DNA of 64,000 nucleotides, taken from positions 9,858,001 to 9,922,000 of the forward strand of contig OZ024747.1 of NCBI GenBank assembly GCA_964016885.1. Reading direction: 5' to 3'. Source of the DNA: Eledone cirrhosa. Lineage: Eukaryota. Shown in pieces: positions 40,461-55,469 of this stretch. The position numbers were made by a program, and so were the translations under genes. The notes under the pieces are model-generated. The model was not told the DNA's origin. It saw only the letters and a program-made list of their open reading frames with translations, and did not search any database. Position 1 is the stretch's first letter, and each line of letters opens with the position of its first letter.

Positions 40461-41459
40461 CTATACCTGACTCAGCAGACATTGTGTGCTTAACAAATGA
40501 AAACTAGACACCTAATTGTTGACATTTTGATGAATTTTTCCCCTCGGTGTGCAAATTCTTTCATCTTCTTTCTGCCCCATCTCGATAGTTTCTTCTTAGT
40601 ATTTTTCTCCATGGCATTCTTTATCAGAAAAAGAAATTATGAGTGTTTTTCTCGACAACCTTAATAGTTATACATGTTATAACCACCTCATAATAAAACA
40701 AAAAAAAGCAATTTAAACTTGCATTTATAATTTATAATTAACTCTAACCTAGTAGTAGACAATCCCAAATTGTATCAGAGGGCTGTGTTGTACCAAACAC
40801 CAAATGTTCTAAACCACAACAGACAGTATCAGCTTGTGACAAGAATATATTATAAGTAGATATGAGACAATAATCCTTGGTTCAACCTTGACTTATGTTA
40901 ATGTACCCACATTTCTATTTCATTACAGCAAATATTTCATTAGCTATAATAGACATAATTGTATTGTACAGTAATTAATTCCATGGTTCAGTATTGTTGT
41001 CATTATCTTTGGTTAACTTTGCCTTTCATTCTTACAGGGTCGGGGGGAGAGGCAAGTTGTGTAAAACACCCCAGTGCATTACTGGTACTTTATTTTATCG
41101 ACCTTGTAAGGATGAAAGGTAAAGCTAAACTTGGCATAATTTATCAGAATATAAAGGGTCGTAATTCTAGCGAAAACCAACCAAACAGTGAGTGTGTTCT
41201 GTTATTAATTCTGGCAATATTATTACAACAATATGACCCTCCCCAAGTATAACAATATATATATATATGTATACATATATATATATACATATATATATAT
41301 ACATTTATATATATACATTTATATATATACATTTATAAATATACATATATATACATATATATTAATAAATATTTGCTCTTCGGTTCTTATATATTTGATA
41401 TATATTTTCCTTATCGAGCCCTCTCTGGATTTTAGTCTTCAATTTTATTATTATTACTA

Positions 41460-41491
<32 letters not shown>

Positions 41492-41554
41492 CATATATAT
41501 ATATACATTTATATATATACATATATATACATATATATATATACATATATATAC

Positions 41555-41587
<33 letters not shown>

Positions 41588-41693
41588 CATATATATATAC
41601 ATACATATATATATACATATATACATATATATATACATACATATATATTACATACATATATATATATATACATATATATATATACATATATAT

Positions 41694-41742
<49 letters not shown>

Positions 41743-41743
41743 C

Positions 41744-41792
<49 letters not shown>

Positions 41793-41926
41793 CATATATA
41801 TATACATATATACATATATATATACATATATACATACATATATATATATACATATATATATACATATATATATATACATATATATATACATATATATATA
41901 TATACATATATATATACATATATATA

Positions 41927-42115
41927 TCATCATCATCATTTTACGTCCGCTTTTCCCTGCTTGCAAGGGTGGGACATGTCTTATTCAGCACAGCATCTCT
42001 CCACTTGTCACAGTCCTTCGTCATCTCCATGAGCTTCAGCAATCTGAGGTCTGCTCTCACCACCTCCGTCCATGTTTTTTGTGGTATTCCTCCACTGGGT
42101 TTTCCTTCTACTGGC
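41927..42115 (-). mobile_element. RTE LINE 3' end (same family as 30766-30931)
   Basis: [24 protein letters not shown]...WRDAVL followed by a SINE A-type tail. Confidence 0.82.
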
Positions 42116-43167
42116 ATATATGTATATATATATATTTGAAAAAAGGAAAAGAATGACTTCACTTGTAGCTGGTATTCTATAACAATTTAATTTTATATTT
42201 TTACAACTTATATTTTTATAACTTTGCTATGTACATCTAAGTCCTTTGTTAACTTCGGTGGAAAGTTTTTTAAAAATCCTGGTTAACTTTCTGAAGAATT
42301 TTCTGGCATTCGTTGGCAGCGATTGTTAAACTGATCTAAAGTTACAATGTGTTGGTGTATATAAAATTCTACCACTATATATATATAGTTTTATGGTTAG
42401 GTGCGTGTGTGGATGGTGTGATTAAGAAGGAAACAGGAGAGATGACGAAAGAGCCATGATTGAAAATGGAATGTTGAATGTTAGAATTATCAAATGTTTA
42501 TATGGGAGGTGGTTGATATTGTCTAGGTTGTTATTAGATAGGGTCAGCGGTTATGTAGATAGTGTTTCTATTTTTATGTTGCTTTCATTCAACTACTACG
42601 TAGATAAAATATCACACGCCCTTGTATAAATAGGTTAATTTAATTTACTAAATGTTCATAAATATTTAATTAATATTTAATTAATATTTAATTAATATTA
42701 AATTAATGTGTTGAGGGCAGTGGACTAGCAGTAGGATTGGTAAAGCTCAGCTGTTGGGCCCAATTCTTTAAATTGAATCCATCCTGCAGCTGTCTTGTTT
42801 TTGAAGATGATTTCACAATATATTTTTAAACATATGTTCTTAGATAAAAAAATAAATTACATTGAATAGATTTGACATATGGAGTGAAAAGTCCATTGTT
42901 TTGGGATAATTTATCCTTTCTCGAAGAAAAAATAATTTGAGACCAATACATTAGGAAGCCAAAAACCCATGCAGATAATGTTTCTAGGCAGGTATGTGTA
43001 GCATTGTTTTAGATAGACATCAAGGATTTTCAGAGGAGTTTTGTTTTCCCATCGAAAAAGGACAAATTGTCCAAAATCTTTCATATTTAAATTATTGTGG
43101 CAAATTTATTTATTTTAATTTTTTTTTTATCTATAAACTTTTATGAATCAATTTTTGCTGATGTCGG

Positions 43168-43874
43168 CCACTACCATCACCATCATCACCTTCACCATCA
43201 CCATCATCACCACCATCGTCATTGCCACCAACACCATCATTACCATCACAATCATCGCCACCACTACCATCATCATCACCATCATTACCATCACCACCAC
43301 TATCACTACAACCACCACCAATACAACTACCACCACCACCACCACCATCACCACTATCACCACCATCACCATCACCACCAATACTACAACCACCATCACT
43401 ACCTTCACTATCACCATCATCACCACCACCACCGCCACGACCACCACCATCACCACCATCACCACCACTACAACCATCACTACAACCACCACTACAACCA
43501 CCACCACTATCACTACTACCACCACCACCACCATCACCACCATCATCACCACCACCATCACCACTACCAACAATACTACTACCACCACCACCACCACCAA
43601 TACACCACCACCACCATCACCACCACCTCCACCACCATCACCACCATCACCACCACCAACAATACTACCCCCACCACCACCACCAGCACTACACCACCAC
43701 CAATACACCACCACCACCACCACCAATACACCACCACCACCAATACACCACCACCACCACCACCACCACCACCACCACCACCACCAACAATACTACCCCC
43801 ACCACCACCACCAGCACTACACCACCACCAATACACCACCACCACCACCACCAATACACCACCACCACTAATAC

Positions 43875-43906
<32 letters not shown>

Positions 43907-44085
43907 CAATACTACCCCCACCACCACCACCAGCACTACACCACCACCAATACACCACCACCACCACCACCACCACCAACAATACTACCCCCACCCCCAC
44001 CACCACCACTACACCACCACCAATAGACCACCACCACCACCACCACCAATACACCACCACCACCACCACCACCACCACCACCACC
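43168..44085. repeat. (CAC/CAT)n low-complexity tract
   Basis: Seen directly in the sequence. Confidence 0.95.
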
Positions 44086-44839
44086 GCCTTCATCAGAACC
44101 AGTTTATCTGGATCCGGGATGTTGTATGTAAACAGACCTTATTTTACTGCGAAGATCAAAAGTTAATGAGACAATGTGATTAGAAATTGAATTACTAACC
44201 AGTGGCAGAATTGACTTTTTCTCTCTTGCACTGTGTGTGTGTGTGTGTGTGTGTATGTGTGTGTGTGTGTTGTGTGTTGTGTGTGTATGTCTGGATGTGT
44301 GTATGTGTGTATGTGTATGTATCTGTGCGGGTGTGTGTCTGTATGTATATATGTGTGTGTGTGTGTATGTGTGTCTGTGTCTGTATCTGTGTGGGTGTGT
44401 GTCTGTATGTATATATATGTGTGTGTGTGTGTATGTGTCTGTGTCTGTATGTGTGTCTGTGTATGTATGTATGTGTGTCTGTGTCTGCACGCATGCGTGC
44501 ACGTGTGTGTGTGTTTGTCAGTATGTGTCAATGTCAGTATGTGTGTGTGTGTCTGTATGTGTGCGTGTCTGTTTGACACTATGTGTATGTGTGTGTGTGT
44601 GTTTTAGATAACAAATCATGACAGGTGATGAGACAAGATGCTGTGAAACCCACTCCTGCTAGCATAGGACAATGGACTTAAAATGATGATGGTGGTGGTG
44701 GTGGGGATGGTGATGGTGGTGATGTTGGTGGTGATGGTGGTGTAGGTGGTGGTGGTGGTGATTAGAAATTGAATTATCAGCTTCTGTCTTTAAGATGTAG
44801 TAGACCTCTCTATATATATATTCTATCATGTGGAGAACA

Positions 44840-45290
44840 TGTACATAGAAAGTCATACTAACGTCATAGCTTTGAGGTCACTATGACATTCATAGAAAGT
44901 CATATTAACGCTGTATCTCCTTGAGGTCACTATGATCTTCATAGAAAGTCATACTAATGTCATATGTCCTTGAGTTCACTATGGCATTCATAGAAAGTGA
45001 TACTAGTATCATATGTCCTTGAGGTCACTATGACCTTCATAGTAAGTCATACTAACGTCATATGTCCTTCAGGTTACTATGACATTCATAAAAAGTCATA
45101 CTAATGTCATATGTTCTTGAGGTCTCTGATCTTCATAGAAAATCATACTGACTTCATGTGTCCTTGAGGTCACTATGACCGTCATAGTAAGTCATACTGA
45201 CTTCATATATCTTTGAGATCACTATGACTTTCTATGAAAGTCATAGTGACTTCATATGTCCTTGAGGTCACTATGGCATCATACTGAGCA
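44840..45290. repeat. ~49-bp degenerate minisatellite with self-complementary units
   Basis: Unit CATAGAAAGTCATACTAATGTCATATGTCCTTGAGGTCACTATGACCTT, about 9 copies. Confidence 0.88.
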
Positions 45291-45499
45291 CATTATAGTG
45301 TCAGCATGACATTGATGAAGTCAGCTTAATCCTTACAAAATATAATACTTAATGCGTTGGTAAGACTTTGAAAAGTCCTACATATCATCAGGGTGACCTT
45401 CATTTGGTACATGTGACTTTTGGATTTATTTGACTATTCACTAGTTACTATATTTATCAAGGTTTTGCAATGATGGCATGGCTTTCATTTGATCAGAAT

Positions 45500-45737
45500 T
45501 ATCTGTGTGACCTTTGAGTGGTAAATGATGTCTGCATGACCTTTTAGATATTATTATGGATCTGTGTGACCTCTGAGCAGTCAATCAAATCTGTATGACT
45601 TTTCGGACATTATTATAGATATTTTTTTCTCTATGAGAGGTCAATCAAGTCTACATGACCTGTTGGACATTATCATGGATCTGTGTGACCTTTGAGGGTC
45701 AATGAAGTTTGTATGACCTTTTAGACATTATTATAGA
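45500..45737. repeat. ~60-bp degenerate tandem repeat, 4 copies
   Basis: GACATTATTATGGATCTGTGTGACCTTTGAG...GTCAATCAA...TGTATGACC. Confidence 0.8.
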
Positions 45738-45918
45738 TTGGCAGTATCGGTAGAGGGTCGGACGCCATGCTTTGACGCATAGAGTTATGGCCTTTGCCAT
45801 TCTGAGTTCAAATCCCACCGAGGTTAACTTTGCCTTTCATCCTTACGGGGTCGATAAAATAAAGTACCAGTAATGCACTGGGTAATTGCTGGCCTTGTGC
45901 CAAAAGTAGAAACAATTA
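45738..45918 (+). mobile_element. SINE family B copy inserted in the 60-bp array
   Basis: The array resumes after the SINE; ATTATAG is present on both sides (possible TSD). Confidence 0.9.
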
Positions 45919-46023
45919 TAGGTCTGTGTGATCTTTGTGTCATTAGCATGGGTCTCCAGCAAGAACTATATGGCTTTCATGTGCTTTTCACATAAATTGC
46001 ATCTTTTATTTCTCATTCTATCT

Positions 46024-46140
46024 TCTGATAAAGGACTAGTGTCCAAAATATACAGACTCTTTTCCTACTATATCAAGCATTAAACTAATATATATTTTCA
46101 TTGTACTGTGTTGTTTGCTTTGTTGTTTCTGTTTACGTTT
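46024..46140 (+). mobile_element. Family H1 element (decayed hammerhead)
   Basis: CTGATAAAGGACTAGTGTCCAAAA...CAAGCATTAAACTAATATAT; stem II GGAC/GTCC is intact but the core is mutated. Confidence 0.6.
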
Positions 46141-46267
46141 CATACATACATATATATATATATATCCTCTGTCGTATAAAATATGTATAACTTCACTTCC
46201 ATTCACCCTCTGTATGGCAGTGTAGAATATTCCAAACTTGTTATTAAATAAACAAATTGTTTTCAAG

Positions 46268-46332
<65 letters not shown>

Positions 46333-46611
46333 TCCCCATTACCACCCTTTGACTGTGGAACTCTCCTTACAAAAAGGTATGCATAACCTCTGGTTAACGT
46401 AAACCAGCTATCACCACATTTGTAATATATGGGATCAGCCCTGATTCAGCAAACCTCTGATCAAACGTATTACAAATGTAGCTAATGTCTTTTTTTTTTC
46501 AGACATAATGCATCTCAGACTTCACTATCCAATGTATCCTTCCTGTTTTAAGGCAGTATATTGTGCTTTTAGGAAAATTTAGCTGGTGTTTCTTACAGGC
46601 TGATTGATTTT

Positions 46612-46858
46612 ATGGAGGCTCTGTCTCATGTAAAGTGTTTAACTCCTCCACTAAGGAGAGTGACTGACTACATAGAGGCTCTCTCATGGGGTGTGTTTAG
46701 TTCCTCCACTAAGGTGAGTGATTGACTACATAGAGGCTGTCACATGGGATGTGTTTAGTTCCTCCACTAAGGAGAGTGACTGACTACATAGAGGCTGTCA
46801 CATGGAATGTGTTTAGCTCCTCCACTAAAAAGAGTGACTGACTACATTAAGGTTGTCT
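46612..46858. repeat. ~59-bp tandem repeat, 4 copies
   Basis: GTGTTTAG.TCCTCCACTAAGGAGAGTGACTGACTACATAGAGGCT. Confidence 0.9.
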
Positions 46859-47367
46859 TACTGACCCTGTTTTAATGACAATAGAGAATTTGTTGAAGGC
46901 GGGGTTGACTGATACATTAATCATGACTTGTGACTATATGGAAGGTTTTTGTAGGTCCAAATGGCCCCTATTTCAAAGGCATTTGGGAAAGTGTTGCCTA
47001 CTACTTTGAATAATCTAGATCCTCTATATAAACTCCTTCATTGATTTATGTAGCTCTTATATCAAAGAGATAGTAAAGGTGCATAACTTCATGGTTAGAG
47101 AGTTGGATTCACAATTATGAGGTTGTGAGTTCCATTGTTGGATCAGATGATGTGTTGTGTCCTTGAGCTAGACATTTTATTTCACAATCTGCCAGAAGTT
47201 GTAACTGGTAGATATCATCAGCAATGGAAAGGCTAATGGAAACATTGTTTCCTTGGTTCAATTTAACAAGTCCCACTCCACTTGGTAAGGGAATAAGGTT
47301 TGGGATTTTGTCAATTGATATCAAAGAGATAAGGAAGCTTGTTAAAGATGATGTGGCAGATACATTG

Positions 47368-47680
47368 ACCAAGATTTGTCACTATACACAAGCCCTTCAC
47401 TTTTTCATGTGATACCTATTTCTAAGATATTAGGGACCTTGGTGGACCAAGACTTGTCACTATACACAGGTCCTTCACTCATTCATGTGGTCCCTATTTC
47501 TAAAACATTAGGGACCTTGGTGGACCAAGACTTGTCACTATACACAAGTCCTTCACTCATTCATGTGGTCCCTATTTCTAAAACATTAGGGACCTTGGTG
47601 GACCAAGACTTGTGACTATACACAAGCTCCTTCACTCATTCATGTGGTCCCTATTTCTAAAACATTAGGGACCTTGATGG
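47368..47680. repeat. 75-bp tandem repeat, 4 copies
   Basis: GACCAAGACTTGTCACTATACACAAGTCCTTCACTCATTCATGTGGTCCCTATTTCTAAAACATTAGGGACCTTGGTG. Confidence 0.93.
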
Positions 47681-48137
47681 CAGAGACATTTACTTAGCCA
47701 ACAACTAAATTGATCTCACAAGCAAGTCTTGCTAGAAATAGCAGCTAAATCTTAGTTTACATTTTTGGATAATGTCGTCCTGGATATACTGCAGCTGATA
47801 AGAGAGGGGATAGTCATGTTGGAGTGGCTTTGATCATTGGCCTTCTGCTTGATCAGGGCAGACCTGGGGCTATACAACAGCAACAACGACATCATCAGCA
47901 ATAACAACAACAGTAGCAACAACCACCACCACAACAACAACATCAACAACAACCACCACAACATCGTCAACCACAACAACAGTAACAACTACCACCAGCA
48001 CAACAACAACAACATCAACAACAACAATAAACAGCTCTAGTGATAACATACAAGTTCCCCCTCCTTCCCCCTCAACTATTGTTGCTTCTGTTGTTGCTGA
48101 TGTCGCTGTACCAGCTGAAGCTGTTACACTTATTGCT

Positions 48138-48417
48138 ATGACTACTACTACTACTACTACTACCACTGCTGCTGCTACTACTGCTACTATCATCACTACT
48201 ACTACTACCACTACTACTGCTGCTGCTACTACTACTGCTACTACCGTCACTACTACTACTACCACTACTACTACTGCTACTACCATCACTACTACCACTA
48301 CTACTACTACCACTACTACTGCTCCTGCTACTACTACTGCTACTACCACTACTACTACTACTAATACTACCTCTACTACTACCAGCACTACTACTACCAC
48401 TACTACTACTACTACTA

Positions 48418-48448
<31 letters not shown>

Positions 48449-48542
48449 CACTACTACCACTACCACCACTACTACTACCACTATTACTACTACTACTACC
48501 ACTACTACTACTACTACTACTACCACTACTACTACTACTACT

Positions 48543-48598
<56 letters not shown>

Positions 48599-48600
48599 CT
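48138..48600. repeat. (ACT)n trinucleotide tract
   Basis: Seen directly in the sequence. Confidence 0.96.
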
Positions 48601-50310
48601 GCTGCTGTTGCTGCTGTCATTGCTGCTGTTGATATTGTTGTCATTACTGCTGATGTGACTAATTATTTCAACAGACATACTGCTGCTGATTGTCACTGCT
48701 AATTGCTGCTGTTAATTCTGTTGTTGTTGTTGTTGTTGCTGTTGTTCTTTTTATGTTCATTGTTGCTGCTGCACGTGCAGCTGATTTTCTCTGTTGTGTT
48801 AGTTGTTGCTGCTGCTATTGCTGCTACTGCTGCAATTTCTACTGCAACTGCTACTGCTGCTACTATTTCAGATACTGCTACTGCTGTTGCTGTTGTTGTT
48901 GTTGTTGTTATGACAGATCTATATATAAGGACGTAAGACGGTAGTCATATGTGCAGATTGATCTTCGGTGCGGTTTGGTATAGTGCACAGCGTGTTGCAC
49001 AGTGTGTGTGGTGGCAAACCAGTGGCAATCACTGTTGTCTGACCGTAACAGCAGGTGGGACATAACACCAAAAACCACCAACACTATCTCTATTAACACC
49101 ATCACCACCAACACCATCACCACCAACACCAACACCAACACCACAACACCATCACCCCCAACACCAACACCCCCAACACCATCACCACCAACACCAACAC
49201 CACCAACACCATCACCAACACCATTACCACCAACACCAACACCACCAACACCACCAACACCACCATCACCAACACCATCACCAACACCAACACCATCACC
49301 ACCAACACCATCACCACCAACACCATCACCACCAACACCAACACCACCACTACTATTAACACCACAAGACCACCACTACTATTAACACCACAAGACCACC
49401 ACTACTATTAACACCACAAGACCACCACTACTATTAACACCACAACACCACCATCACAATTAACACCAACACCACCAACAACAACACCACCAACAACAAC
49501 ACCACCACCAACAACAACACCACCAACAACACCATTCTAGATTAATGCCAGTCACATACTGCATTGCAGCATCACCTCCCACCACTACTCAAATCCTTCC
49601 CCTTGATAACCCACTCTTCATCTTCTTTTTATTTTCTTTCTGATCTTTTTCTTCCTTCCTTTTTTCCTTCCCACTTTCCTTCCCTTCAGCTACACCACTC
49701 TCCCTATCTCTACCACTACTCTTACTACTACCCCTACCACTAACACTACCCCTACCACAGCCACAACCACTACTACTACCCCTACCACTAACACTACCCC
49801 TACCACAGCCACAACCACTACTACTACCCCTACCACTAACACTGCTACTACCACAAACACTACCACCACTACCACAACCACTACGACTACCACAAACACT
49901 ACCTCCACTACTACTACTACTATTACTACTACTACTACCATTTCCAACACCAACACCTATATTAGACTGCTGTGAGGAAATATGAGGATGACCACTACAA
50001 CAACATCAACAACAATAAAATCAAAACGATCACCAATACCAGCAGTACTACTACTACCAACACTACTACTACCAACACTACTACTACCAACACCACTTTC
50101 AACTATTACTAATACTACCACTACATTATCATCACTGTTACCAATATTGGACTGGTGTGGTGTGAAAGAATACAACAACAACAACAGCAACAGCAACAGC
50201 AACAATATCTCCACCATCACCACTGTCCCCATCAACAACAACACCAAACACTGACGCCACGACCACCACCACCACCACCACTACCACCACCACCACCGCC
50301 ATCATCTGTA

Positions 50311-50342
<32 letters not shown>

Positions 50343-50884
50343 ATGCATGTATGTATATATATGTGTGTGTGTGTGCCGTAAGGAAATACTGAACGACAAC
50401 AACAACAACAACAACAACAACAGTAATATTGCCAGTATTACCCCCCCAAAAAAAACCACCTTTACTATATTGCCACAAATGCTGGCATTACCGTCACACC
50501 ACTGCCACAACAACAACAACAACAGCAGCAGTCTTCAACATCCAGACGTGTATGTATGTATGTATATATATATGTGTATAATTATATATATATATTTATT
50601 TCTTCAAATATTTTCTTTAAAACGTAATAAGCATCAACCAGACATGGCTTTTTTTTATGGGTTTTTTTTTTATGTGGTTTTAGTTTCGATTTGTTTTGTT
50701 TGGTATTTTTTATTTTTCTAGAAATTTTTTCTGGGGTGAAGGAGGGATGGGTGGGGAGAACGGAAGGGGTTTCTGAATTTTAAGGAGTTGAGACAAGTGA
50801 CAACAAATATGATAACAATAATAAAATAAAGCATATGTATTGATGATGTTGATCAGATATATATATATGTCTATATATATATAC

Positions 50885-50933
<49 letters not shown>

Positions 50934-50938
50934 TATAT

Positions 50939-50975
<37 letters not shown>

Positions 50976-51152
50976 TATATTATTATACGTATATATATAT
51001 ATATATATATTATTATACATATATAAATACATATATATATATTATTATACATATATATATATACATAATATTATACATATATATATACATATATATACAT
51101 ATATATATACATACATATATATATATATATATATACATACATATATATATAT

Positions 51153-51200
<48 letters not shown>

Positions 51201-51283
51201 GTATATATACATGCATATGTATATATACATAATATATGTATCACCAGCATGGCCTCAGCCGGATGGCTGGAACTGGTAAAACA

Positions 51284-51344
<61 letters not shown>

Positions 51345-51388
51345 CATATATAAGTATATAAATATACATACATATATTTGTATATATT

Positions 51389-51422
<34 letters not shown>

Positions 51423-51469
51423 AATATATACAAATATATGTATGTATATATATATATATATATATATAA

Positions 51470-51740
51470 TCAGACGATGTGTTGCGTCCTTGAGCAAGAC
51501 ACTTTGTTTCTCGTAGCACGAGTTTACTCAGCTGTAGAAATGAGTTGCGACATCAGTGGTGCCTCAAGCTGTGTCGGTCATTGCCTTTCTCTTGTACGAC
51601 AAGTGGCATGGAAAGGGGGGGGGAGACCGGTATGTATGGACACCTGCTGGTCTTCCATAAACAACCTTGTCCAGACTTGTGCCTATGAAAGGAACTTTCT
51701 AGGTGCAAATCACATAGTTGTACGTGACCGCAAGGGGGTT
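51470..51740 (+). mobile_element. SINE (family A-like core, different tail), 5'-truncated
   Basis: GTCCTTGAGCAAGACACTTT...GTTTACTCAGCTGTAGAAATGAG followed by a divergent tail. Confidence 0.7.
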
Positions 51741-51780
51741 ATATCTATATATATATACACACAAATATATGTATGTATAC

Positions 51781-51811
<31 letters not shown>

Positions 51812-52303
51812 AATATATGTATGTATATCTATATATATATATATATATACACAAATATATGTATGTATATCTATATATATATGTATGTATATATATATAT
51901 ATGTATGTATATCTATATATATATATGTGTATGTAGATCTATCTATATATATACACAAATATATGTATGTATATATATATATATATACACACACAAATAT
52001 ATGTATGTATATCTATTTATATATATATATACACAAATATATGTATGTATATCTATATATATACACACAAATATATATATGTATATCTATATATATATAC
52101 ACACAAATATATGTATCTATATATATATATATATACACACACAAATATATGTATGTATATCTATATATATATATACACAAATATATGTATGTATATCTAT
52201 ATATATATACACAAATATATGTATGTATATCTATATATATATACACAAATCTATATGTATATATATGTATGTATTCTCTTTTACCTGTTCCAGCCATCTG
52301 ACT

Positions 52304-52444
52304 GTGTGGTAAGGAACCAGATATACCATAACTCACCAGAGTACTCAATACTTAGGGTAGTAGAGTGGGTAGTAGGAAAATGCCCAGTAATGTCCAGAAA
52401 TAGCCATCAAAACGGCTTGAGCTCTGCCGTCGGGGTCTTGAACA

Positions 52445-52449
<5 letters not shown>
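52304..52449 (-). mobile_element. Family H3 element (inverted half-hammerhead plus tail)
   Basis: Homologous to 57611-57778, 58292-58485 and 60275-60420. Confidence 0.8.
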
Positions 52450-52501
<52 letters not shown>

Positions 52502-52505
<4 letters not shown>

Positions 52506-52822
52506 GCACATGGGTTAGTGGATAGAGCATTGGCCTTGCAATCGAAAGGTTGTGAGTTCAATTCTCAGACCGGGTGATGTGACACTTTATTTCACATTGC
52601 TCCAGTTTACTCAGCTGTAGAAATGAGATGATAGGGACTGGGGTCCCTATCATTCCACTACAAAGTGGTCGTGGAGGTGCCACGGCAAAAAAGCACCCAG
52701 CACTCACTGTAAATGAGGTTGGTGTTAGGAAGGGCATCCAGCTGTAGAAATCAAGCCAGAATCAGTTCCCGTCCCACCCTTGCAAGCAGGGAAAAGCGGA
52801 CGTAAAATGATAATGATGATGA
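52502..52822 (+). mobile_element. SINE family A, copy 6 (internal ~20-bp deletion)
   Basis: Homologous to the other A copies. Confidence 0.9.
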
Positions 52823-52969
52823 TATATATATATATTTGTACATATAAATATCATCCAAACCATCATTTTATGCCAGTTGTTTCACAATTTTCATTATTAT
52901 TATTTTAATTGCATGGGTTGGACAGGTCCTTCTCAGTACAGCATCTCTCAACATGCCGTGTTCATTATC

Positions 52970-53004
<35 letters not shown>

Positions 53005-53043
53005 TTCTATATTTATATGTATGTATATATAAATATATATATG

Positions 53044-53084
<41 letters not shown>

Positions 53085-54194
53085 GTATATATACATATAT
53101 ATACATATATATGTATATATATATATACATATATATACATATATATGTATATATATATATACATGTATATGTATATATATATGTGTATATATATGTATAT
53201 ATACATATATATGTATATATATATATACATGTATATATATATACATATATATACATATATATGCATATATATGTATATACATATATATGCATATATATGT
53301 ATATACATATATATGCATATATATGTATATATATATATATACATATATATGTATATATATGTGTATATATATGTGTATATCTATATGTATATATATATGT
53401 ATATATATGTGTATATATATATACATATATATACATATATGTGTATATATATATATACATATATATACATATATATGTATATATATATACATATATATAC
53501 ATATATATGTATATATATATATACATATATATACATATATATGTATATATATATATATATACATATATATGTATATATATATATATATACATATATATGT
53601 ATATATATATATATACATATATATATACATATATATGTATATATATATATACATATATATGTATATATATATATATGTATGTATATATATACATATATAT
53701 GTATATATATATGTATATATATGTTTATATATATGTCGTTTAGACACACACACATATATATATATATATACGCAGACAGTCACTCTCTCCCTTTCTTTAC
53801 CCAATTCCATCATTGGACTTGTCAGGATGCCGCCATCCATAAACGGTATTGAAAAGCTGACCAGGTCATCAATGCAACCATTATAGCAACAGGGATAAGC
53901 AATGAAGGCCACTACATCACATCTTCTAGATAGTTTGATTATCTATATACTATTGAAAACCCACTCCATTTTCCAGCAAAGATGCACACACACATGCATA
54001 CACACATGGCATACATGGACACGCACGCACACCCATGGGCATTCTCACATGCTCACACACATATGCACACACACATATGCACACAAATGCATATATACAC
54101 ACACACAACCATGGACATACACATGTACACACATGTACACACATGTACTCACATGTACTCACAAATACTATTTTTTACAACCATTATGCTGATC

Positions 54195-55270
54195 ACTGTC
54201 ACCACCACAACCACCACAGCCACCACCACCACCACCACCACCACCATCACCACCACCACCACCATCACCACAGCCACCACCATAGCCACCACCATAGCCA
54301 CCACCATAATCACAGCCACCACAATAACCACCACCACAATCACAGCCACCACCACAGCCACCACCACAGCCATCACCACCACAGCCACCACAGCCACAAC
54401 CACCACAGCCACCACCACCACCACAACCACCACAGCCATCACCATCACAACCAGCATCACCTTCACCACCACAACCACCACAGCCACCACAGCCACCACC
54501 ATCACCACCAGCATCACCTTCACCACCACAACCACCACAGCCACCACCATCACCACCACAGCCACCACCATCACCACCACAGCCACCACCATCACCATCA
54601 CCACCACCACAGCCACAACCATCACCACCAGCATCACCTTCACCACCACAACCACCACCACCACCACCACAACCACCACAACCACCACAACCACCACAGC
54701 CACCACCACAGCCACCACCGCCACCACCACAACCACCACCATCACCACCACCATCACCACCACAACCACCACAGCCACCACCATCACCACCACCACCACC
54801 ACCATCACCACCACCATCACCACCACCATCACCACCACAACCACCACAGCCACCACCATCACCACCACAACCACCACCATCACCACCACCATCACCATCA
54901 CCACCACAACCACCACAGCCACCACCATCACCACCACCACCACCACCATCACCATCACCACCATTACCATCACCACCAGCATCACCTTCACTTCCCTCAC
55001 CACAACCACCACTATTACTGACAAATTACAAATTCACTACTATTACTACTACCACCAGCACTACTACTGTTACTACTACCACCAGCACTACTACTGTTAC
55101 TACAACTACTACTACTATTACTACAACAATTACTACTATTACTACAACAATTACTACTATTACTACAACTACAACCACTACTACTAGTATTACTACAATT
55201 TCTACTACAACTAGCACCACTATTACAACTACAACTAGTACTACTACTACTACTACTACTACTATTGCTA
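54195..55270. repeat. (ACC/ACT)n low-complexity tract
   Basis: Seen directly in the sequence. Confidence 0.95.
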
Positions 55271-55469
55271 CTACTATTTATGAGATGATGCAGGGTCAAG
55301 AGGAATGGATGTTTGTTGTATTGTACTGCAGACCATTCCAATACCATGTCAGTATAGGTGATGGTGGTGGTGGTGGTGGTGGTGGTGGTGGTGGTGGTGG
55401 TGTCAGCAACCACCACCACCACCATCACCGACAACAGCAACAACAACAATAGCAATAAGGAAGCCTTTA

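Noticed and set aside
43097-44026. Signal-peptide-like N-terminus plus His-rich protein
   Set aside because: Starts at GTG in an AT-rich stretch, and all three frames are open through the (CAC)n tract.
53790-53930. Possible small exon (minus-strand hydrophobic frame [14 protein letters not shown], or a plus-strand acceptor at about 53825)
   Set aside because: Splice signals and frames are inconsistent and I recognise no homology.
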